Positions 40,096 to 52,070 of a stretch of DNA of 64,000 nucleotides are shown here, piece after piece. The position numbers were made by a program, and so were the translations under genes. Below the pieces are notes generated by a model, which saw only the letters and a list, made by a program, of their open reading frames with translations, had not been told where the DNA came from and made no database searches. This DNA comes from Octopus sinensis. Taxonomy: Eukaryota. The DNA is taken from the NCBI RefSeq assembly GCF_006345805.1, contig NC_043006.1, forward strand, positions 70,804,001 to 70,868,000, read 5' to 3'. Each line of letters opens with the position of its first letter. The stretch's first letter is position 1.

Positions 40096-40211
40096 GAAGG
40101 AGCTTCTACAGGACTAGAACTGTTTCATTCAAGAGAAATCTTCAGGAAGCTCCTGAAGATTTCTCTTGAATGAAACAGTTCTAGTCCTGTAGAAGCTCCT
40201 TCTATATAATA
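40087..40211. repeat. Perfect palindrome, 61-bp arms, 3-nt loop
   Basis: 40087-40147 is the exact reverse complement of 40151-40211. Confidence 0.95.
40098..40154 (-). ncRNA. Type I hammerhead ribozyme candidate (family C)
   Basis: Minus strand: AGGAGCUUC-CUGAAGA-U UUC[UCUU]GAA U-GAAA-CAG[UUCUAGUC]CUG-UA-GAAGCUCCU; 9-bp stem I, 4-bp stem III, GUA site; stem II is short with a U.U base. Confidence 0.65.
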
Positions 40212-40280
40212 AATTAATTTTACTCTGCTATGTATTGTACCTTATTTACTGTGGTTAACCCCGAATCAACCCGGACCTAC

Positions 40281-40312
<32 letters not shown>

Positions 40313-41001
40313 ATATATATATATATACACATATATATATGTATCATCATCATCATCGTTTAACGTCTGTTTTCCGTGCTAGTGTGGGTTATATATACAT
40401 ACATACATACATACATACATATAATGTATATATATCAAATCTGTCTCTTTCAATTCACATTTGTTATTCTTTCTCCATTGTTTGACTGACCTCCACTCCC
40501 TTCAGTTCCTCGTAACCCCACCGCCACCAGTTATGAACATATCACTGACCTAATTGGTCGCTAGTTAACTGTTACTACTGATAAAAGCCTGTCTATAATT
40601 ATAATAAATAAATCATATAATTAGCAGTAACAATTAGTAGACCATATAATTATCTCTACCAACAAGGATCTGGCGCTTGTTGCTCTCCTGTCTGGTTTCA
40701 AATGAGGAACTTATTCCATTGCAGTCTTATTTCAGTATTTGTGCCAGTTGGATACTGGATTGGTATAATCAATTAGCACACTCGTTACAAATTTCAGGTC
40801 TTCTGTCTAGAGCAGGAATTATTGTTAATGCAACAAGCTGGCAGAATCGTTGCATGTCAGACAAAATGCTTAGTGGCCTTTGGTCTTTCTTTACATTTTG
40901 GTTTCAAATTCCGCCAAGGTCAACTTTATCTTTCATCCTTCCAGGATGTTATCCGCTACCCCTTTCCTTCTACTTGTACCTTCTGTAGAAAGAATTTATT
41001 A

Positions 41002-41196
41002 TTAACCTCTTTGTTACCATATTTATTTTGAGATGCTCTGTGTTTCTTTCAATTTTAAATATAACAAAGAATTTAGTAAAATAACTTAGTTATCATTAAG
41101 CTAGTGTTAGGAACATAAATTGTGACTAATAAAAACAAGACATTTGTACTACAGAGCCAGAGACAGTTTCAGCCAGGTTGGTAATGAAAGGGTTAA
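41002..41196. mobile_element. piggyBac-type MITE (second family)
   Basis: TTAA-CCTCTTTGTTACC ... GGTAATGAAAGGG-TTAA. Confidence 0.8.
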
Positions 41197-41625
41197 GGCA
41201 GAAAGCTGGCAGAATTATGAGCACACTGAACAAAATGTTTACAGCGTTTCAACCAGCTTTATGGTTCTGAGCTCAAATCCTGTCAGGGTCAGCTTTCATT
41301 CTTTAAGGGTCATGGAAATAAGTACCATTTGAGCAGTAAGGTCAATACAGTCAACTTACCCGCCTTCTGTGCCAAAATTAGAAAGAATTGTTGTTGATAA
41401 AATTATTATTATTATTATTATTATTATTTTACTTCTCAGAGTTCTTGGTCTTACTTGCTCTGGTTGATTCTGTGGAGAATGGACAGCAACCTGTTGTCAG
41501 AGGTCTCACAGGGTCTCTTTCCGCAAATTATAAAGCTTTGGTACTTGGATGTTGACTTTTTGTGGAAGACACTCAACACCCAAGCACCAATCTCAAAATC
41601 TTAACTGTCTTATTATTATTGTTAC

Positions 41626-41667
<42 letters not shown>

Positions 41668-42055
41668 CATCATCATCATTATTATTATTATGACAGCTGA
41701 CAAACTAATTAGAGTGTTTCTTTCTGCTCTTTGTGTTCAGAGACAAAATCCTATTATGGTCAGCTTTCCTTTTCATCCTTTTGGGGTCAATAAAATACAG
41801 TACCAGGGAACAACTGGGGTTGAGGGTCATTGCTAAACAACCCTTCCCCTTAAAATTGCTGGTCTTGTGCCAAAATTTAAAATACAGTAGTAGTAGTAGT
41901 AGTAGTAGTCTCATTGGGTCTGTGGAGTGGTGGGATACCAGCCAAAATGTACTGCAGTGTTTAGTTATGTACCCCTGCATTCTAAGTTCAAATTCTGTTG
42001 GGATTTTCTCTTTTAGTGGTGTTCTCTCAACTTGAAAGTGGAACAAGTGCAAACT

Positions 42056-42339
42056 AGTTCTATATTTAAGAGATGAGGAATTTACATTTGACGGATATTT
42101 GTCCTAATCTTGTTTGTTCTTAACACAACGTTTCGGCTACTAACCCCACGATTCCGAGTTCGATTCCAGGCAGTGACCTGAATAATAATAATAATAATAA
42201 TAACATCGAAAAATACCTTAGGAATGAGAACCCAGGTTTGAAATTTCCCCAAGACACCTGATGAAGGCTGGAGGGTATATCAGCCGAAACGTTGTGTTAA
42301 CAACAAACAAGATGAGGACAAATATCCGTCAAATGTAAA
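42056..42339. mobile_element. tRNA-headed, hammerhead-containing retroelement with inverted terminal duplication (family A)
   Basis: 58-bp inverted arms 42081-42138 / 42282-42339 (2 mismatches); partial tRNA head with B-box GAGTTCGATTCC; (AAT)n; hammerhead. Confidence 0.8.
42253..42298 (+). ncRNA. Minimal type I hammerhead ribozyme candidate (family A)
   Basis: GACAC-CUGAUGA-A-GGCUG[GAGGGUAUAU]CAGCC-GAAA-CG-UU-GUGUU: intact core, stem I GACAC/GUGUU, palindromic ACGU stem III. Confidence 0.75.
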
Positions 42340-42725
42340 GCATGTAAGATCAAAGATGTCATTAGTTGATATTAGGAATATCATGCAAGGAGTCCCTAAG
42401 AAATGGTTTTCACTGGCAAGACAACAATTATTAAGGAATAATAAGGGTTAGTGTTCAGAGAATGGTGTAGGATGTTATTTCATAATTCTAGGGGTTCATT
42501 GCTCCCTAATTCAGTAGTTGTTGTTATTGTCACTGTTCATGCTTTGACTCATTGCTGGTTAACCCTTTAGCATTTAAACTGGTCATATCCGGCCAAAATA
42601 ATTTACCTGCTTTACCTTCAAATTAGCCAGATCTGACCTCTGACAATATTATTCTAATCATAAATACTCGTATGTCATTAAAATCTCAAAGCTCTAACGC
42701 AATGCACAATTAATTCATATCGATA

Positions 42726-43142
42726 TACTCTCTTTACTCTTTTACTGGTTTCTGTCACTTGACTGCGGCCATGCTGGAGCACCGCCTTTAGTCAAGCAAA
42801 TCGACCCCAGGACTTATTCTTTGTAAGCCTAGTACTTATTCTGTCGGTCTCTTTTGTCAAACCACTAAGTTACAGGGATGTAAACACACCAGCATTGGTG
42901 GTCAAGCGATGTTGGGGGAACAAACAGACACACAAGCATACATACACATATACATATATATATATACACACGCACACATGTATACAACAGGTTTCTTTCA
43001 GTTTCTGTCTACCAAATCCACTCACAAGGCTTTGGTCAGCCTGAGGCTATAGCAGAAGATACTTGCCCAAGGTGCCACGCAGTGGGACTGAACCCGGAAC
43101 CATGTGGTTTGTAAGCAAGCTACTTACCACACAGCCACTCCT
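42726..43142 (-). mobile_element. Full-length CORE-type tRNA-SINE nested in a piggyBac-type MITE
   Basis: Complete head, core and tail on the minus strand. Confidence 0.9.
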
Positions 43143-43350
43143 AAGAATTATATTTGTCCAAGAAATCTGAATGCTAAAGGGTTAACGCCAGACCAGTCCT
43201 ATTTCGGCAATCCTCTGATCCAATATACTTCATGACAATCTTGCTACCTCAAAAGCATCTGGAATTACAATATCCAATGTGTCCTTCCTTGTTTAAGATA
43301 GGGTAATTCTATTTTTGTGAGATTTTGTCTGCTCTTTCTAGCCTGTTAGT

Positions 43351-43660
43351 GAAAGCACATGGCTTAGTGGTGAAGACATTTGGCTCATGATCATATAGTC
43401 ATGAGTTCAATTCCTGGCTATGTGTTGTGTCCTTGAGCAGGACACTTTATTTCACATTGCTCCTGTCCACTCTGTTGGCAAAAATGAGTTGTACTTCTAA
43501 TTCAAAGGGCCGACCTTGTCCCATTTTGTATCATGTTGAATCTCCCTGAGAAAACTACATTAAGGGTATGCATGTCTGTGGAGCGCTCAGCCACAAGCAG
43601 GCTGTTCTGTTGATTGGATCAACTGGAACATTTGTCATCACAGCCAATGGAGTACCAGTT
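43351..43660 (+). mobile_element. V-type tRNA-SINE
   Basis: ATGGCTTAGTGGT A-box, GAGTTCAATTCC B-box, TGTGTCCTTGAGCAGGACACTT V-domain-like core; homologous to 51749-52070. Confidence 0.75.
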
Positions 43661-43839
43661 TCAAGCCTGTCAAGTGACTATATTGAACCCCTCCCCTATC
43701 CCACCTCATCTTGACTCATGGATTGTTGTTGTTGTTGACAACTGGAAAATAATTCTCTCACGCCAGTTGAGCAATTCCAAATGTCTTGGAGATTATTACC
43801 AATACCTCCTCTCTATGTTGGAATTAATCAGATGTGTGA

Positions 43840-43842
<3 letters not shown>

Positions 43843-43900
<58 letters not shown>
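43843..43900. repeat. (CT)n microsatellite
   Basis: Direct reading. Confidence 0.95.
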
Positions 43901-43906
<6 letters not shown>

Positions 43907-44526
43907 CATCACCATGGCAACAACAACAGCTGCAAGTGGCAAGTTAAATATTGTTGTTCACAATGAAATCATAACAGTGTGTTAATTGCTGTAAGCACTT
44001 CGTTCCCTCCTATCTCACTTGTCTCCACAGAACCTTGGACATTGTGTGTTTGTGTGTGTATGTGTACATGTATGTGTGACATATATGTATACACATGCCA
44101 TATCATTACACAGATTTCTAAATAATTTTAATTAAGTACAAATCTGTGAGCAAGTGTTTCTACATCAGTGCTCTGTGTGTGTGCGCAATATTTTATAATA
44201 ATTTTCTTATAATTTTATAATATAAAAGCTGCAAGCTGGCTGAAATATTAGCACGCCAGGCAAAATGCTTAGCAGTATTTCATCTGTCTTTGTGTTCTGA
44301 ATTCAAATTCCGCCAAGGTCAACATTGCCTTTCATCCTTTCAGGGTTGATAAATTAGGTACCAGTTGCGTACTGGAGTCATCTATCGACTGGCCCCTCCC
44401 TCCCCAAATATTTCGAGCCTTGTGCCTAGAGTGGAAAAGAATATTTTATTATAGTATTTTGTCATGTGTCCACATATTGGGATAGCTGTCCCTCCTGCAA
44501 ACAACAGGGATCAGCCCAAAAGAATG

Positions 44527-44563
<37 letters not shown>

Positions 44564-45182
44564 CCTCCTCACTCCTTCCCATCTCCATTCTCCTCCTCCC
44601 CCTTCTCTCTCTGATCACCACTACTTCCAACATACTCTGTTGACTAAGAAAGGGATTTAAAGAAAGAATCTATTGGTGTGAATTAAGCTGTAATTTGGCA
44701 CTATGATTCAACATGTTGAAGATAAGTCATATATATACACATTATGTCATCATCATTTAACATCCATTGTCCATGCTTGCATGGATTGGACAGTTTGACC
44801 AGAGTAGGTAAGCTGAGAGGCTGCCCCAAACTCCAGTCTGATTTGGTATGGCCTCTACGGTTGAATGCATTTCAATAATGCGGACCACGCCAAGAGTGTA
44901 ATGGGTGCTTTTGCCAGCGGTGTGACACCAGTATTTGCCACAACTATAAGGTCTTGGTCAATTGTCATTGCCTCCTTGAGGCCCAACACTCGAAAGGTGA
45001 TTTTTACATGCTAGTTATGCGACACCAGCATTGGCCACACATATGAGATGTTTTGATATCTAGAAGACCCAAAGAGTGGCAGGTAACGCTAAGTAAGTGC
45101 TATGGACAGACCGTAGTTAAACTCTTGGTTCAATAGTGATACAAGTGAGGGATCTAATGTGGGTCTTGTATTAGCATGCATA

Positions 45183-45379
45183 TCTATTATATAAAATCTC
45201 TTCTGTCTGTCTGTGTGGGTGTGTGTGTGTCTTCTAGGATCTCGGGCATCCTCCATGCGATTGCACTCAAATTTGATATGTAGATACCGACGGTGTCAGG
45301 GCGTGTATAAGTCTTGAAAAAATTACGAAAATTGATTCCAGGTGAGAATGCAATCAATAAAGCCACAGGATATCTCTAG
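45183..45379 (+). mobile_element. Non-autonomous Helitron-like element
   Basis: A|TCTATTATATAAAA 5' end, (CTGT)n, GATTGCACTCAAATTTGATATG motif; CTAG at 45376-45379 (alternative end CTAG|T at 45979-45983). Confidence 0.55.
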
Positions 45380-46185
45380 AACCCGCTGTTTGTTGAACAA
45401 TAGGTTCCTGCTTGACTTTGGCCAACTAGTCTTTCTTGCTCAGTCTTGTAGTTAGTCGTCATTCACTGTTGAGTAGTGTAGAGTTCATGTTCGGAGTTTC
45501 ACTTGGAATACATATGTGGTCCCCAGTCACATGTCCACACACTTCTAGATAGTGTGATCTATGGTAGTTGATCTTGCTTATTGATTGTCGACCATCACAG
45601 AAGATTCACCGACCAAGTTACTGTGCCAATTATCAGAGTAAATGTAACCTGGGTTTGAAGCGGGTTCTAGAGATATCCAGCATGCTGGATACCAATCCAT
45701 TATTTCTGTGCTATTTCTACAACAACTACACTCGGGTCATCTGTCCTAGTCTCGGAAACCAAACAAAACAGTCATGGTTGGTGATTCTTCCCACTTACTC
45801 CAAAAATCAAAAAATGGTGAAATGGGTTGGACAAATCGGCCGGTCAATACTCGTATTGGTAATTTACTATCCTTTTTGTGACACTCAGTTAACTGAGATC
45901 TAACCTCTTAAACCCCTCTGTCCATTCTTCACCGGGCATTGGGACCTTCCATGACCAACCAACACTTAACCTGCAGGTCTAGTTAAAACCAGTTGTCTCC
46001 CTTTATATATATATATCTGCTGATACCCAATGTCTTTTACTGCTTAAACCCTTTCACTTCATATGAAAGCTCTCACATAAGTTAACACTATACATCCTAT
46101 TGTCATTTTATTTATTTCTAGTGTCTGTAATTCTGTCCTACTATCCATGCATATATATAATATTTATATGTAATGTACATATTTA

Positions 46186-46216
<31 letters not shown>

Positions 46217-48339
46217 AGTTCATATATGTTTGTATGTGAAGTAATAAGGATTATAAACATATACTAAAGTAAGATATTTACTTTTCACCTGCTCTTTCAT
46301 ACCTTTATGTGTGTAATCCCAGTTACAATACAAATATACACATAGAGGTTGGAGCCAATATGCTTCCAACATAGGTATGTATTGAGCATTGGGTTTTTAT
46401 GCAAAAGTATAAAAAAAACAGATTATAAATATATGTGCACACAATCACACATATGCACACACATACTCCATGGAACATTGGAATGAAATATCAATAATAA
46501 AATACATAAAGGCCTAACAGACCAGACATTGTTATCTGTGTTTAGAATACAATAAGTATTGTTGTGTTCTGTGAGTTGTCCACTGGACAATAACATCCTA
46601 TCAAATATGTATGGAAGAGAGAATGTCTTTGGACAATTAATGAGGACATTTACAATGTTATTACCGAGGTTGTGAATAACGATGTACCCAAAATACATCA
46701 ATCCCACATATGCAGGCAGGTTGGCTGTGCTCACCTGTTGTGTTCCGTCTGTTAATGTTTAATCCTTTGGCATTCAGATTATTTTGTCAAATGTAAATCT
46801 TATTTATCCACATTGTTTTTAATTAATCATGCATTATCTCATATCTTTGAGATTTCCATGAGTGTTTGTTTTTAAAATGACATTGTAGGGTAGGGGTGAG
46901 AGGCCAGATCTGGCCATTTTAATCATAAAACAAGTAGAATATATTGGCTGGATATGGTCATTTTTAGCTGCTAATGGGTTAAGAGTTTACTTTGGTGATG
47001 TACAAGAAAATACTAAAAGGCCTCATTGAAAATACATCAAGGTATTCAACATCTACAATGATTTAGGGCAGTTTAGATGTATTAGGATTTTTAGTTTTCT
47101 TCTTAATCCAATTTCTGGTCTGTAATGGAATTGATGCAACTGAAAGTATAGTTGTACATGGCCCAAAATATTAGTGTTTCTATCGTGGACCCCATATTGT
47201 TACTGCTTCTATCATGGTCCAAGTTGTTATTAGTGCCTCTACCATGGTCCCAATTGTTGTTGTTAGTGATTCTTCTAGCATGGCCCAATACTCACAAAGG
47301 ACCAAAGTTCAGTATAGCAAATTGACGAAACACTCTTCTCTTTTATCCTGCTACGTCTTACAGCGGTGAGTGGTTCTACTTTGAAGCACCTAATAACAAC
47401 AAAGAGGATTGTGTCATTGTGTCACAAGCCATCAACACAATGTGGACAGTGTGTTGTATAACACTAATCTCTCATTCAATTGTCTCCACTCCCTCATACT
47501 GCATGAGCTACTTGACTATCTCTGTTTGAAGATATAAATGGATTAGCACTGGACCAAATGACACCAAATGTGCTAAAGGACCTCACTGTAACAGCACATC
47601 AGTAGCAGAACAGCCAGGAAAGCATGACCATGAAGCCTTCTCCTGCAGACTGCTTTTATTGATATCTGTAATTTTTTGATACCAACAAACTACTTGGTGT
47701 GGATTGCATCTCTTAGCCACTTCAGTATCAACAGACACTCAAGCACTTCACTGTAGTGCCCAATTATAACTGAGTGGACTATCTTTTAGTGTGGTAGCTT
47801 TTTACGTGTAGATGATGTAAGCTTTGTTACCTCCTAACAGCTGGGTGCCATGCATCTTGGTATGGTACCTACTTGTAATTAGGGACTACACCTGACTGTT
47901 GTACCTATTTACAATTGTGGGGTGTACCTCACTGTAGCACCTACTTAGATTGTGGGTTGCTGTGAATGGAAACAATACGTCAACATATCTCAGACTGGAA
48001 ACCTATTTTCATTACTTGTAAGAGACAGTATCCTGCTCAAGACACACAGGGCCCAGATGGTCGTGTTAAATCAAGTAACAGAATCACAGCCCATGACTAG
48101 AATTGAATAAAGGTTGATAAAAGCATGTTTATACTTAGTTTATTTGTAAACCAAGAGTAATGATATCTTTATCAATCAGACCATTCCTAAAATATTTTGT
48201 CTGGGAACTCTACTCATTACATCATCTACTGACTTCAAAATAATAATATTATTATTGTTGTTGTTGGTATTGTTGATCTTAGACTCAACAGGATGATAGC
48301 TGTTTTATGAGCATGATAGACAGAAACAAGACACGGTAT

Positions 48340-49140
48340 TAAAATTACAAGATGGATCATGACAGATGTATTTCTAATCAATTCCAACCAGATGTGTGAG
48401 CACATTGCCCAATTATTTGGAGATATTGGTGACTAGTAACCATCTCAGTGGCATGTCACAGCTTTTGGCAGAAAAGTTGGACTGCTGCTAAAAGAACAAC
48501 ACCAGCATTTACCTGGTTTAGATGATCCGTCCTTTCACCTTTATACATGCCTGCCAGATTAGTTGTTCCCTCTAGACTAAGTACATTCTGAGAGGTGTTA
48601 ACCAAGATGTGGTGAGTGTTACTCAAGGGGATATCATCAATGCCCAGCCTATAATTGTATTGAACTCTCATTTAAAGATTTTTGCCAAGTTACTTGCAAA
48701 GTGGATGACACTTGTTGTCAGTAATGTGTCAACTGAATGCAAACCTGTGCCATTCTTAGTAGATCTATCTACAACATTCTCCATTCATTGTGGAGGGGGT
48801 GTAGGTAATAAACCTGGCATTGATAGGGCTCTGATTCACTTGGATCAGTACAAAGCTTTCAATAAGGTTGACCATCGATACTTAGCAGTGATCTTCAGTG
48901 CAAAGCACTCTCATTGATCACTTTAATGTAAAGCAACGTCTGCTTGGTCGACAGTCTTCATCAATTTTATGGCAATGGTAAAAGATTGTATGATGGTCAA
49001 GTTTGAAAGGGCTGAAAAAGATTGATACTTTCTCCTTTGGCCAAACCAAAACACTCATCAATATTTCCAAGTTACACTTGGAGAGGCAGATGCAAATGAC
49101 AAGGGAGGTTTTGCCCGCCATCACAAAAACGCCAGGTATG
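48340..49140 (+). mobile_element. Tx1/L1-clade LINE ORF2 remnant (RT region and C-terminus, internally deleted)
   Basis: Frameshifted motifs MCEHIAQLFG, PGLDD, PIIVLNSHLKIFAKLLAK, QTCAILSRSIYNILH, ALIHLDQYKAFNKVDHRYL, LKGLKK...LHLERQ. Confidence 0.8.
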
Positions 49141-49320
49141 AGTGGTTAGTATGGCTCAAGGTGGAAAGGCCTATTGTAAGCATGCACCTGAAGATCAAAG
49201 AACACAGCTAGGAGAGAATACTTGCCCTTGGTGGTTGTGTAATTCTGAATTCGAAGGGTTCCTTCTTTGGCTTTCAGGTGGCTGTACCTGTATTGAAGCA
49301 TCTCAGTTTATTCCTTTACC

Positions 49321-49367
<47 letters not shown>

Positions 49368-50355
49368 TACACACACACACATTTATTCACAATCAATTCT
49401 AGTTACACCCCTCTTTTTTTCCTGCAGTATGTCCTGGAAATGTCATCTTACCTCTGGCCCCTGTAGTATATAAAAGAAATTATTACCACAATTATTTTCA
49501 TTATAGATTATTAAAGATGTAATCATAATAATGATGATGATTTTGTTGCAATAATCATCATTATTTTACATCTATTTTCCATGCTGGCATGGGTTAGGGG
49601 AGTTATGATGGTCCAAGATCGTGTTTATCCAGAGTTACTGCACTCCATCATTAGAATGGGGTCAGGAGCCAGTTGGATGCCCTTCCTATTACCAACCTCT
49701 GGGTGCATCTTATTGTGGCATGAAACAGTGATGGTAAATATGATAAAATGATGATTCCTTTTATTGACCACAAGAGTCAAAGATGTTGGGGAGAGAACAA
49801 GGTTGAAATGCCTAGCGGTAAAGGCTTATATCAGGTAAAAAAAAAAAAAAGGAGATAAAAATAAAACAAAAAAATAAATAACAATAAAATGTCATCTAAA
49901 TTAAGGTTCCAAATTGGGATAAGCCACCTATGGTAATTTGGTTGACTGGGAGCAGGGGGCTCCAATAATGCGCAAAAGCAATGAAGTTGTTGATGATGAG
50001 GATGCTGGTGGTGGTGGTAGCAAATTGATCGCCTGGGTAGTTTGATATGTAGAGTGGAACAGCGATGGGGGTGTGGATGGGGGAAGAGGTGGTGGTATTT
50101 AAGTGGAGGAAGTGGTTGGAGGGTGGAGGTTTCGCTGGTGAATGGATGTAGGGAGGGAGGTGGAGGGGAAAGAGACAGATGTGAAACCTGAACCAATTGA
50201 AATAGATAAAGAGAATTACTCCCCCACCTCCTTCCCTCATTAACTATCTCACTATGATGGTATTGATTTGATGTAAATTACTGCCTCTCACCACCTCCAC
50301 TGCCTCCTCCCATCTCTTTCTCAATCTCTATATATACATGCATATATTATATATA

Positions 50356-50406
<51 letters not shown>

Positions 50407-50447
50407 ATCAGTATATATATCTATCTATATACCACTCTCTATGCTTA

Positions 50448-50490
<43 letters not shown>

Positions 50491-51017
50491 AACTACAACA
50501 ACAGCAATATTCTACATCATGCAACTTCCGTTGGATAGTCAATATTGATTTAGTAATCAGTAATGAAGTAGTTAAAGAGATAATTAGTGTGTGTGTGTAT
50601 GTGTGAACACGCACATGTGTGTAGGTATCTGTGTAGCAGAATGTGGGCGAGTTGTCTTTGTGGGTGTCTCTGTGTATGTCACCTAATTTTGGCGAGTTGT
50701 CTGTAGGTGTGTGTGTGTGTGTTGCAGAATATATGTGAAAAAAGTGTCTCTGTCAGTGTAAGTTTGTGAGAGGTAGGGGGTTGTTTAACCCTTGGTCAAC
50801 TTAAATCAGGCAGATCTATGATCAAAAGCTGTTCAATCTGTAATCATTTTGACTTTTTTCTAGATCAGGGGCCACATTTTCCAGTGTGTCTCTCCCTTTT
50901 TTTATACGGTTAGATAATATTTAAGATCCGTTTGGCTGCTATTTTTAGTAGGCTGAATGACCACATAGCAGTTTCTTTGTCTTTAATATGGGTGTTCTTT
51001 AATTCAATTAGTGAGAA

Positions 51018-51053
<36 letters not shown>

Positions 51054-51178
51054 TTCAGTTTGTCTATATATTACATCTGATCTTTACAAGATCGGATGTC
51101 ATTGCATTATAGATATAGTGTGTATATAATACTATAGTAATGATTCCTCTGTTACACCCATGTGTATATATATACGTG

Positions 51179-51451
51179 GGTTGTCAGATAAATTCATTCT
51201 TTCTCTCTCTCTCTCTCTCCTCGCACCCCTGTTACTTGGCACTCCATCCTCATATGTCTGAAAAGAGGTAAAATTTATTCAAATTTCTAAAATGATAGAC
51301 AAAGGTTTTAGAGAAAGAACAGAGCTACAAAAACCAAAAATATAAAAAAAAAGAAGGAAAAGAAACCAAACATTTTTCATGTTAATTCTAATAACTTTGG
51401 AGAGGATTAAAATAAATGGTGGGGGACCCAAACAATTTTTAACTGACAACC
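51179..51451. mobile_element. Tc1/mariner-type MITE
   Basis: Inverted ends GGTTGTCAGATAAATT / AATTTTTAACTGACAACC within TA-rich flanks. Confidence 0.55.
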
Positions 51452-51452
51452 T

Positions 51453-51486
<34 letters not shown>

Positions 51487-51748
51487 ATATATATTGTGTG
51501 TGTGTATTAGCTGAATACTAAATTACTTGGAAAAGATATCTGCTGTTTCATCTTATGAATCATCAGATAAAAGAGAAAAGAAGGCAAAAATTCTGAGCAT
51601 TGAAGTGGATGAATATATTAGATAACGTAGGTTTAAATTCACCATGTCTGAGTAACAGACAGAAAGTTCGTGGCTGGATCAGGATTGACCTGGGGTTAAA
51701 CAACAACTGTTAGGAGAAATACATTAGATCATGCAGTTTTAGGTATGT

Positions 51749-52070
51749 TACTGGCATTCCATTCGTTATGACTACAGGCATTCTTGTTGGTCTGATCAAC
51801 AGGACAGCCTGCTTGTGGAATTAACTTGGAAGTGGCTGAGCACTCCACAGACACATGTACCCTTAACAATTCTTAAGGAGATTCAGCATGACACAGAGTG
51901 TGACAAGGCTGGCCCTTTGAAATACAGGTACAACTCATTTTTGCCAGCTGAGTAGAATGGAGCAACGTGAAATAAAGTGTCTTGCTCAAGAACACAATAT
52001 GTCACTAGGAACCAAACTCATGCCCTTACAATCGTAGCCGGATGCCCTATCCACTGAGCCATGCACCTTC
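51749..52070 (-). mobile_element. V-type tRNA-SINE
   Basis: Reverse complement of the 43351-43660 family. Confidence 0.75.

Noticed and set aside
41439-41620. Possible exon between (ATT)n runs (acceptor TTCTCAG on plus, donor GTAAGA on minus)
   Set aside because: No recognisable peptide, and no matching pair of splice sites on one strand.
45400-45960. Possible Gypsy integrase fragment (QQLHSGHL)
   Set aside because: The motif does not extend in any frame.
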